Shown here piece by piece: positions 52,802 through 64,000 of a stretch of DNA of 64,000 nt; within the stretch, counting starts at the first letter, position 1, and every line of letters starts with the position of its first letter. A program made the translations under genes and the position numbers. Source of the DNA: Phoronis australis (Eukaryota > Animalia > Phoronida); NCBI GenBank assembly GCA_002633005.1, contig NMRA01000174.1:62001-126000 (forward strand), given 5' to 3'. Below the pieces are notes generated by a model. That model saw only the letters and a program-made list of their open reading frames with translations, had not been told where the DNA came from and ran no database searches.

Positions 52802-53630
52802 GGATAGTTCTAAAATCCCTTCAACCCCCTTGACCCAAAACCCCTCGACCCCCTCAACCCACGACCTGTGGCGATAGAGGTGTTTGTATGATTTTTACAT
52901 ATTGCATAATCTTATTATGTCGCTAAGTGACTTTTGCATAAGACATACCTACACCTGAGTCTGCTCTAGCTCAAGTCTGGTGAATAAAAACAAAAAGTGA
53001 CATGAGAACTTGAACTGAAATAGCGTATTGTGAGCGCACTATCATTGTTACGGAAATAGTTCCACGAGTGGCAATTTATGGCCCAGTTCTACTAAACTTA
53101 GGGAAAGAGTACATTAACATGAATGTACACAATTTTACATTTTTATTACTTCCTTTCTGTTGTATACTCGTTTACAACATACTCCATTAACGTTGAAATA
53201 CTTTTTAGTAAACTTTATTGAGTTTGCTTTTTCAAACTGCATTTACTGATGAAATTACAGTTTTGTTGGTTCCTCGCACTCACCACAAAGATTGAATCTG
53301 CCATTCACTGAAGAGCAGATGAGACGGTTACGCTCTGCAGGGAACAACATTTGTAACGTTGGTAGGTCTTTGATTTGATTTGGTCGCTGTGTTTTTTCTG
53401 TTTTTGGCATTCAAACTTGCCGAAGAGACTCTCTTTATTGCAAAAAAACCAGAGAAAAGCCAGCCGAGCTCACGACCCAACTCATTGGTGCTGCAAGTCA
53501 GCGCTTGTTCTATGTTCAGATGGAGTCGAGCTAAAGACTGGGTCGAGAGGGTTTTGGGTCGTGGGGTCGAGGGGTTGTGGGTAGAGGGGGTTGAGGGATT
53601 GAGGGAGTCAAAGGGGTTTTAGAACTATCT
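52802..53630. mobile_element. TIR element with 9-bp TSD (MULE-like) and G/C-run subterminal repeats
   Basis: GAAATGTGC|GGATAGTTCTAAAA...TTTTAGAACTATCT|GAAATGTGC. Confidence 0.8.
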
Positions 53631-55186
53631 GAAATGTGCTACGTCTGTCTTGCCATACCAAATAAGGAGACGTGCTTTGCCTTGTGAGAAAAAAATCTAC
53701 GAAGTGGTGAGCAGTTGACAGATTGTTTTTTTTTTATTTGAAACTAAACGAAAATGGTTTGATATCAACAGAAATTAAAAATCTTTAGGAACAAACCCTA
53801 AAAATTCCTGGTGAGCAGGTTGAATTCTGTTTCATCGCGTCAGAGGTCTCTTTAATGGTTGGGTGGTTTCTTTGTTAGTTGTTAAAGAATAGAGGAGAAA
53901 ATGGAATGCTAAACGGAAATTTAGGTACTTGAGAAATTTCTATTCAAAACTTGGGAGCTGGAACCTGGCTTCAAAAAGAAAACAAAAAAGAGAAAGTGTA
54001 TTGCACATGTTGATATCAGTGGTAAACTTTACACACTTTGACAGTGCTAAGAAAGGTTAAAGCACTGTGGAATGTTGTTTAACATGGCTTCTCAAAAGTA
54101 ATGAAACCCACGTCATAACATAGTAATTCCCTTTGGTTGAAATCTGGGAAATTCCTTTCAGTTTACTGTTAACTAGTACAGGCGACCACTTTTGACTTGA
54201 ATAGGTACAATTTATTAAAACAACAGAGATCGAAGCAAGCAAAATCAAGGGAACCCCCGATCCAGTGGCTTAAGCCCAAGCAAGTACAGTAAAGGCATTC
54301 GCAAGCGGTGTCGATGTGATTGGTATACTTCCCACCAAGGCATGTGCATTGATGTACACACACGGAATTCCGTGTGTCGTTCATCATGTTTCCACAGGGC
54401 CACTTTTCAATATAGGTGGCGCTGAGTCAGAGGGTATGGTAAACTTATTAAGACCAGAGTCTTTCCTGTTCTCTTTGATATTGTTATGATTGAGAGCGAA
54501 CCGTCAAAGAAATTTTTATTTCCTGGTTAATTTAATATTGTTACCATAGTAATATGTCACAAGATATGGATGTAATATCCAATGCATTGATCAAAGACAG
54601 ACTACACATGATTGCTCAAACGGTTGTTTTGTCTGCTCAGGATATCTAATAATGATGACACTCTGGACACTGATTGACAATTGTGTCATTTTTTTGAAAA
54701 TAGATATGTCAAATCTATTAGAGTTCAAGTCACTACGCAGTTAATGAGGTATAAACTCATCAATTATGCCTTCATAATTCTGATACTTCAGAAAATATAT
54801 TTCCTATTCGGGTATGTTTTGAAGATTTTTATCTCCAACCATGGGAACGGTTGGAAATTATTTTTAACACACGTATAATGAATAATAAAATTTATTATAA
54901 AACATACACAACAACTGCTAAATGTGCTATATAAATGGTCTGCTTTTCACGTCTTCCACTACTACGCTTTTTTGTCGTCATTATATATCCAACCAAAACA
55001 TCACTAATGGGCCATCACAGATGGAAAGCTGTGACCTCAGCTATCATGCCTCAAGTAATTAGTTAACCTCAAGTCATTGTTGCTGACACACAGCAGGACA
55101 CAATGCTGAATGTTGTTGTCAAGTGATGTAATAATTGATATTTATTGGCTGCTGTATAATTGGCTAAGTACTGAGCTCACCTCATC

Positions 55187-55554
55187 CAAGGTACCTAAAC
55201 TACACAGTCAACGGACTCATAAACACGACTCACGGAGCTGCAAACAACGTCCACTGACTCACAAACACGGGAACGGACTCATAAAACACAATCCACGCAC
55301 CCAAATACACGGGACGTGGACTCATATTCACGAGGAAACATGGTTAACGGACCGCCAAACACGGTTTACGGACAAAATGAATATGTCAGCTGACCCAGGA
55401 AGCCGATGAGTCTGTGACCCGTGTTTGGCGGTCCGTTAACCATGTTTAATTGTGAATATGAGTCCGTGTCCTGTGTATTTGTGTGCGTGGATCGTGTTTT
55501 GTGAGTCCGTGCCCGTGTTTATGAGTCCGTTGACCGTGTAGTTTAGGTACCTTG
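55187..55554. mobile_element. Fold-back MITE with 5-bp TSD
   Basis: TCATC|CAAGGTACCTAAACTACAC...GTGTAGTTTAGGTACCTTG|TCATC; arms pair over ~135 bp. Confidence 0.88.
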
Positions 55555-55949
55555 TCATCAACAGCACTGACTTGCACTCTGAAGGTTAAAGAAATCCAGC
55601 AACAGGGAAGGAAGTGACACATTCACTTCACCGCTTTGTGAGGCAAATTCCTCATTCCTTTTTGCCATAGTTGAGCTACGAACTGAAACATTTCGAGGTA
55701 GTTATCTCTCTGTCTGCATTGACCCTAACACCGCTACAGAGAAACTTTTTGACACTGGATAGGGCAAAAGTTTGAACAAAAGTTATGAAAAAATTTAATG
55801 TGGAGAACTAGGTTAATTATAACAGTTTACTCTGATTAGCCTGAAAAACCTGTTATATTACAGACCTGACAAACGTCGTGAACGTTTTTTTTTACAAAAA
55901 AAAAAACAGTAGAGAGTATAGAAGGTAGACATGCAACGAAACAACTCAC

Positions 55950-56180
55950 CAGCCTCAACTTTTCACTAGGTACAAAGCAGGCCGAGCAAGCTGCCAGTAA
56001 GTTCCATGTGTACAGACGGCATTCCTCGCTGGGGTTCTCATTTGACTGCCTCATCAGCTGACAGTAGATCTCGTCTCGCAGATCGCTTTTGTCTATCACT
56101 GTGGCGATGATGCTCTGAAGGGCAACAGCAGCTGCATGGGGATCAGACTTGTACGAGCCCCGTGTGTATTTGCATATGTC
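55950..56180 (-). CDS. MyTH4-FERM exon, MyTH4-1 core (most 5' exon identified)
   Basis: DICKYTRG...DLRDEIYCQLMRQSNENPSEECRLYTWNLLAACSACFVPSEKLRL|gtgagt; classic MyTH4 signature. Confidence 0.93.
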
Positions 56181-58875
56181 CTGAGAAGACGAAATAGGTT
56201 ATATGTTTCCATGATGAACCACATACAATTTTTGATAGTAAGTTTGATCTTGGACACTAGATTGAAGAGCAGTGTTACATGGACACTAGGAACAACAATA
56301 TCGACTGAGCACAGCAGTGTAGGCATACTAGATCAGTGGAACGTCAGCCCCCCTCCCAGTCTAATGACTGGCTGAAGCAATGATCCATGGGGCAGCGAGA
56401 GGCTGTCTGGTGGTCAGCTCAGATTGAAGACACTTTGGCTGTAAGTATGCCTATGAACACTTGCCAAAATGTTAACTCTCAATAACCATTCCCTAAATAC
56501 AGGTGCACAAGAATGAGGTACGACAGCCTTTCTTACTTCAATACCTGGCATGCTTGGGCCAAACACCCACCATCTATTATTGGGCAAATGCTCGTACCCA
56601 CTTACTCAATTCACACACAAACAGGACTTATGGTTCCTGAAGGAACCAAGGGTTGCAAGAAGTATTCCCCATAGAGACTATGTTCTCCAAATTTTCATAG
56701 CATTTGTAGACATTGTTTTCTCACCAATGCTATATTTTTTCTATCACTTTGTGTTCATTGTGAGCTTTTTTACATTTTCTAATAAGCCATGAAATCTGAG
56801 CTCTTCTTCCAATGAAATTAAACAATGAGAAAGTCCTTAAACCAGGTGTTGCATGAAAAGCTCCCTATTAATTTTCAATAACAAATAACTTACACTTGAT
56901 GTGTATCAAAGCTAAAACTTAAGGTAGCAATGAAGATAGAATACCACTGAAAAAAGGATATTCAGTGTTCGCACAATGTCTTCAAGTGCACAGAAAATTT
57001 ACAGAACATAGCCGACTCTATTGGGACTACTTCATGCAACTGAATCATTCACATATCTTTCTGATTTCGCATTTTATCTCCAGTCCATCAAAAAACATTG
57101 AATCTACTTGACTGTGAACTCACTAGCAGCACATTGCCTACGTTATGGTATTTTTTATTTTCTTTCCAGCCTGAAGCAAATGCAACTCCCTCAGGTTGTA
57201 AATGTTCACACCAAGTTTTCACAAAGTTTTCTTTGAAACAGCAATGCTTGGCTTAACTCACAGCCTTTGAAGATTTTCTCTTTAAACACCATGGGTGTTA
57301 ACCAACACAAATACAGACATACCTACAACATACAGCATGAGGTTGCCTTTACAAATTACACCTTACCTACACTGATCACCAGGGTGACAGCACATTACAA
57401 CACCCTTTATGTTGCCAATGCAAGACCAATCTGGTAGAAATAATTACAGGGCACTACTTTCTAATATAGATTTTCATGCTCAATTAATTCTAGCATGTCT
57501 TTGTGAATACCTCTCTGACTTTCTGTTTGGCTGGGGCATATATTCTTTTAATGCTCTTGCCAGAATTCCTTTGGTGTCCTAGAAGATTGGGCTGGGGGAT
57601 TAAGCACCTAGCCCAGCCTAGTCTTGGTTTAGCAAGGTTTCTAAACGCTATTCTCATGGCATGTCGGTTTTACCATTCTGATAACATGTTTCATAAAAAT
57701 GTCTTATCCATTCTACATTACAAGATCACCTAGAAATATTTTGACTTCAGAGAACACTTCTAAGGAGTTCTTAAAACAACTAGGACATGTGCACTTAGTA
57801 CTAGATAAGAGGAAATAATTTCTGAAAATGCAGTGGGTTATCCCATCTTAAACATGAAAATTGTTAATGGAACATAAATATTGTATTTAATTGGCACCCA
57901 GGTAAGTCCTGCTTTGATAACTTCTAATACAAAGTAACTTATTCATCCATATTCAGCTAAAGAGCATTTGCCACATTTTGCAATGATCTCATCAAAGGTT
58001 AATATTGACTTGTGCATCTCCCAGGAAATCATAATCAACATTAACCTAATCACCACTGACTTAAAGAGCTCAAATGTAACAAACGAGACACGTCATTGGT
58101 TCATAATGTAAATTTACTCTAGATTAAATTGTGATCTGCAAGCTCAGGCACACTAACTTAATTTTCATGGATGGTAAAAATTCCATGATCACACCTCAGA
58201 ATTCCAGCTATGATTCTCTAAACTCCAACTCAGATTACCAAACACGGTACATCTTCTATATACAAATCCCTAGACTCGCACCTTTGAACATCAAAAAAGC
58301 AAAGACAATGAACCTTAAATGAAGACCAAACACTAGTCCTGAGACCAGACCTTAAGGTGTACCTTTAAATTCCAGCTACAGACTAGAGTTGCGGCCATGG
58401 AATCTGGTTCCAGCCATAAGATTTTTCATCAGATAAAGAGCATTTTCGATACAGGTGAGGAGTTTAGGGGAGTAGGTCTGAGGATTTTTGTAGTGGATAA
58501 TTTGACGTCCTGTGTCACGGTAAAGGAATTGTTTTCATCTCCTGAATACAGCAGTGAATTTCCATTAAACTTTTATACATATGATTCTGGTGATGTCGCT
58601 TACAAAACGTTCAACAATTTTAGTGACAATTCAAGGCAAATAAATTAGCTTCATCAGCTCATTTGTTTCTGAAGCAACATGTTTTTCAGTGAAAGATCCT
58701 TGTAACCGAAAATGCTTATAGTACAAATTCTATACACAACAAAGGTCCAATAGTTTACTACAAAATGAAACCACATTGCATCCAAGTTAATGTTGTGGTT
58801 ACAAACCAAACATTGTTTATATTTTGTTGGACATGAAAACATCCATGCTTGGTAAAGTTACAACTTCTAATCAAT

Positions 58876-59302
58876 AGTCGGGTTTAGATATCAATTTTTG
58901 GCCTAGCACAACTGACACCGAGCAAATTGAGCCATGTGCTGCTGTTTACACACACAACTCTTAACTGTGGCAAGACCGAAATTGCAGAGGCTGGAGATAC
59001 TGGATTGCACATGCGCAGGTTTACAAATGACGAGAGTTGCAGAGACAAAGAACCCGTACGTAGGTCATTAAGCAAGCGCAGTAGAGACGATCCTTTCCGC
59101 CTTGCCCCAGTTTTGCGTTTAGACATATAATTGACACGGAGCAAGATGTTCGGGTGCAAATTGCTCTACCTCTGAGTCATAAACGGGTGGCAAAATTTGC
59201 CACTGCAGTGTCAATTTGCTCCGTGTCAGTCCCGTTTACACACTGGAACAACTCCTTCCATGTCAGCTGATTCGTGTCAACTTTTGAAGTGTAAACGGCA
59301 CT
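58876..59302 (-). mobile_element. MITE family copy 2 (homologue of 32599-33034)
   Basis: Reverse-complement similarity along the whole length; ends GTGTAAACGGCACT. Confidence 0.75.
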
Positions 59303-60263
59303 TATGAAAGTTCCCATGTCTTTGTGCTTCCTCAGCAGCAGAGAATTTTGGCACCACAAATGAGTATACATTTTTACATTGTCTTTAGCCATCTCTGCTG
59401 TCATAGGTGAAGTGGCTTATAATTACCCCCAAGGCTTTTATAGTACCTTTGCTATCCATATTGTGTGCAGTGAGCAGATGAATACTGGCTGTGAAGCCGC
59501 ACAGCCAGTCACTTATTGGGACTCTAGTTGTGTCAACAGAGCATTTTTGTCTTGTGGTCATTACTGGCTTTCATCTGATAGTATTATCAAGCTTGTTAAT
59601 TCTGATGGCATAAACTATCACTGCCCTGATCATTGAACCAGGGGATTGCACAGACTCTGTAATGGTGAACTTAACAAGACAATAATCTAAATGTCCAAAC
59701 CAAGTTTGTTTTCAAAGGGTCATAGTCACAGCATGCCACCCATGGCATCAGATCCCAGATTTCTGAGTGTCGCAATAATTAATCAACCTGTTGTGTTGGT
59801 TTTCCATATATGTCTGCCTCAGGAAAAACAAAAGCACTGTTTAAATGACAGCAAACACAAACCTTTTGGACATCTTAAGCATAATTCATGTTCTATTGTA
59901 CAAAATCAGATTATCTAGGACTTACTTATCAATAATGCAAATTCCCTGGTGTCCAATTCAAGCCTCAAAAGCATTGCCCTAAACTCAGTTCTCCTTTGTC
60001 ATAGAGATAATAAAACACACAATAAGATTGACCATAAGTTCTGAAATGTCAAACTTTCCTAGTTGAGTTGGAACAATCAAAGAACTGTTTGTGGCATATC
60101 TAATAATATACATAGGCAAATTTAGGGAGCCAACCACAATCTGAAAATAAACTCCATCAGCATACCAATTTTATAGCCTAAGCAGACACTTCCATTGGAA
60201 ACTATGGCTGCATGGGCCCGAATCACAACATCTTAGAACTGGCGGTGATGTATACAACAAATT

Positions 60264-60264
<1 letters not shown>

Positions 60265-60300
<36 letters not shown>
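60265..60300. repeat. (ACATAT)6 microsatellite
   Basis: Read directly from the sequence. Confidence 0.9.
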
Positions 60301-60301
<1 letters not shown>

Positions 60302-62605
60302 GTATGCTAACAAATGAAAAACAATATGCTTTTACTTGTTCTGTTCTTAACATCCTTCACATTACTGATAATCAAGGTGTGCCAAATAAATTGAATATAC
60401 AAACTTTAAAAGAGTACCATCATACACTCTTTTGAGCAATATGACTCTGAATGATTAGGCACTGATACGTGATGAATTAAATGATGAACATACAATGTTC
60501 AGATAGTTAAAACTGTGTATATTATTTGAAAAAATGTCTTTCCATTGACATTTTTCAAATTGCAAAGAGTGAATTAAGTGAAGTAACAGAATTCCCAATA
60601 AGTAGCCTTGTCGATAATAGCGAAGGACAAAATTCAAGATAATTTTGGTGTGCTAACTGAAGGGAGTGTTCGAAACAAGTGGAGAACTACCGCAGTAGTT
60701 AAGAATCCTGGACAAAACCTGAAAAGGAGATCAGGAAAGTGACTAACACATGGGTAGCATTACAGGAAGCCCTGAATATCGCTAAAGTTCGTAAAGTTAG
60801 GGTGCTCGTTTTTTTCAGGAATGCGTCACATCATGCTTCATGGAGCTAGCACCAACATAAAAATATTGAAACGGCAGGTAAGGGTATAACTACTTTGTAG
60901 TTCCGGACTATCATTTTTACCAAACTCTCTTTTGCATATTAAAAACAAAATAACCTGAAGTTCCAGCAGATAATTGACCTGAGAGAACTCTGGTGTGAAT
61001 ACACAAAATCGCACATATGGAATTTCTACTATTAGGTCTTCTCATGCTCTCTGAACAAAAGGCAGATCTACCATCTGGACACAGGGCAGATATTTGATCT
61101 TATGTAAAGACTCATACATTTTGACACCATAACCTGTGGAGATTGGGCAACTCCATCATAACAATTTGTTGGTTCAGACCAAAAGGGTCTTTTATAATAA
61201 CGTCGACGCGTGGATGTTTTGGGGAGTTGCGGTCAGTATGAATGCTTACTTCGTCGGTCCTGGATTGAAGTTAACAGCGCCAGTTAACTTTGCACTAAAC
61301 AGGTGGATTTAAGAGCGGAGCGTCGACGCTGTGGTGCAGTATGAACGGTCAACTTAGGTCCTATCAAAATTGGACTATACATAACAATCTTGGCCCGGGT
61401 AGGTGGCCGTGTGAATTCATCAATAGATTTGTACAAAGACTGCAGTAGATAGAATCCTAGGATACCAGGAACAGTGATCAGCTTATTTTGTGCAGCAAGG
61501 CAATTACTGCATTAGCAGTGACTACGAGGCAATGAAATACTGGATGATTATTGTGCACTGGTGATTTTTTATCTGTTTGACTTCTGAAATTGAATTCCCC
61601 AAGATGTTACCGCCAGTTTTCGAAGAAATACAATAAATATTAGCCAAGAACAATGCTCACATTTCAGTGGCCTTATAGGGCACCTAATTGATTTACAACT
61701 TGTTAGGTCTAACAAAAGACCACAAGAAGGTTACACAATAGATTAGGTTGGTATCTGATCTTGGAAACCTGCGAATCTTTTGGAGTTGAAACTGAAAATG
61801 CTGGATAACAAGTTATTCCTAGATCGCCATCATATACCTGATGCCAGGGTTGGTTCCCTTGACAAATCTACATTTTCTGAACTGAAAATTACTTGCAGAA
61901 CATCTTAATTGGTATGCTGTTGTTTTCTCACTGAACAAAATGAAATTGATTAGGGCTAACCTGGGGCTACCACTGCTAGGCACTAATGTACCACATGCTG
62001 TAAATTTTTCTTAATTAACTTACTTTTTCTTAGACAAATGTTTACCATTGTGACAATGCACAAGACATTTTAGGGGATTCTTGTGAAAAATAAAATCCAT
62101 TGCAGGCTGACACAATTAATAGCAACATTAGTCAGTTGGTTTCAATTCAATCATTTTTTTTCTAAAATAAGTAAATTGTATCACAGTACAATCATCACAT
62201 AGATTTCTAAAAGGATAATAAATTCCAGTTGAAAAGGGTGTTTCAAATAGCAGGCAATTCTCTGGGCCTAAATTATTGAGCAGCTTCAGACGTTTGATAA
62301 TGTGCCGCCTCAGCAAGCCCAAGTGGCTCGATCATTAATGAACTACAGTAGCTAGTTTGAGTTAACAGGAGAAGATTGATACTATTTTGCACAACTATCC
62401 TTTAATGGCTACATGTCAGATAATTACACAACAGGAGGATACAGTCACCTAGCTCATCCCATCACTACCGACTGCTCAGTGAATGGTGTTGTCCCAGTGA
62501 GAAGTTTCCAGGGAGTTTAGTCCTGTGATTAATAACAAAATGTGTTATTTAACCTCTACCATATCAAAACATCCAAGAAGGTAAATTAAAAATTACTGGT
62601 AGATA

Positions 62606-62754
62606 CAGTGCTGTAGTGGGGCGTAGGCACACGTAGGTGCAGCCAACCACCTTTTGGCATTTGAACGTAGCGCCTATGCACCGTAAGTTACATTCAAGGC
62701 GACACGGTGGGCTTTGGGCGCCTACTTACCTCTAATTTTACCACTACAGAACTG
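62606..62754. mobile_element. Small hAT-like MITE
   Basis: CAGTGCTGTAGTGG...CCACTACAGAACTG with near-perfect 8-bp TSD (GGTAGATA / AGTAGATA). Confidence 0.7.
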
Positions 62755-63211
62755 AGTAGATAAGGAAAAATGTGGTTTACTCTGAACACATTGCTGGTAA
62801 ATTTCATGACAAGATGGAGCACCTCATCATCTATGATTCATCCCTCTGGCAGTATCACAGTCGTGAATTGTTGTCAGGCTATACTCAGCTTATCTGGACT
62901 TAGTCATTGGTTTCTGCTAAGATGACTATATTCAAGGGTTTACAACCGGCAAAATCAAAGAAGTGACGTGTCAAGTATGATTTTGCATTATTTTGAATTA
63001 TATTGAACTGAAAATGATCTACAATTTCAAAATTTCAATTAATTAAAAAAGTTAGGCCATTCAAAATAAAACAATAGGTTATGTTGGCAATTAGTTTTTG
63101 GCCAGGGCAATGATACACAAACTCATTTACTAAACTAGTTAAGAATATGCATACTATATTGCCCGGCATGAATCTTGACCCATCACTTTTGCACATTTCT
63201 TGCCAGTGCAC

Positions 63212-63770
63212 CACCCGGGTGAGAATTTTACACATATTACATGCTCAAAGCATATCAAACGCGGCAAAAATTGTGCAATATGTGTAAAAAGCATGTAGTC
63301 CATGTACGAAAACTATCTGGGTGAGCATTTTACAAATTGTAAAAAGCGTGTAATCCGTATTAAAAAAACTGCCACGTTAGCATGTAAAATGTGTAAAAAT
63401 ACGACACATTACATGTCAAATGTGTAAAAAAAGTGTCATGCTCATGTGTAAAATGTGTCAAAATATGACACGTAAATGTGGCAAATGTGTAAAATCTGCC
63501 ATGCTCACAATGTAAAACGTGGCAAGCGTGTCATTATTTGATACGCAAACATGGCTACGTGTAAAAATTGCTACGCACACATATAAAACATGGCAAGCGT
63601 GTCATTATTTGAAACCCAAACTTAGCAAACATGTAAAAATATTACAGGCTATCAGAAAATACACCAGATATTCTTCCTACAATGAAAAACATGTCAAATG
63701 TGTAAATAAGTCTGGCACATTTGTAAAAATGGAATTTATGCTCGACTTATGTCCCGAAAATGCCTAGGTG
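63212..63770. repeat. Degenerate AATGTGTAAAA-rich repeat, possible CAC-terminated DNA transposon
   Basis: Multiple TGTGTAAAA motifs; ends CACCCGGG / CCTAGGTG; no TSD seen. Confidence 0.45.
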
Positions 63771-64000
63771 CGTCGTAAGCTCCATTTCCAGAGATAAAAA
63801 GGAAACTGTGCATAGACGAAATAATGGTAATATCTTATGACACCATAATGGAACAGAAATATGAGTGTAAATTAATAAATAAACGTAAAATAATAATCTC
63901 TAGAAAGATGGACAATAAAAAGCGCAGCACTCAGATGAGAGGAACTACCTGAATGGGGTGATAGTGGGTGGGAAAAAATGAAGAGACATTAAATTCGAAC

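Noticed and set aside
56181-64000. Several AG...GT bounded candidates for the upstream MyTH4 exon (e.g. ~57510-57578, ~58362-58551, ~61838-61881) and + ORF 58397-58648
   Set aside because: In-frame stops, wrong phase, or no recognisable myosin/MyTH4 similarity; cannot be supported.

Overview
AT-rich, intron-rich animal genomic DNA; the repeat types suggest a mollusc or other marine invertebrate (inference). Most of the six-frame ORF track is noise, so genes were reconstructed by hand from GT-AG boundaries and phase matching. (1) The first two coding exons of DESI2 (- strand, 5904-5942 and 2222-2294), continuing off the left edge. (2) Head-to-head with it, a complete 9-exon, 441-aa branched-chain 2-oxo-acid dehydrogenase E1-alpha (BCKDHA-like) gene (+, 6754-16256). 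It is intact, but its active-site loop is strongly remodelled (GRQMPVHYG to GRNLPPEYG, QCYGN to HDLGV, SSPLATQ to SAPLAVQ). (3) Convergent with that, 21 in-phase exons (-, 56180 to 20006, about 1059 aa) encoding a MyTH4-FERM-MyTH4-FERM tail without SH3, resembling a divergent class-22 (Myo81F-like) myosin tail. Its 5' part was not found. Introns carry many non-autonomous DNA transposons and minisatellites. Two single-N joins (9786, 31121) each separate near-identical tandem copies that are probably two haplotypes; one of them duplicates a coding exon. The best candidate for new biology is the BCKDHA-like protein with a possibly altered substrate pocket.
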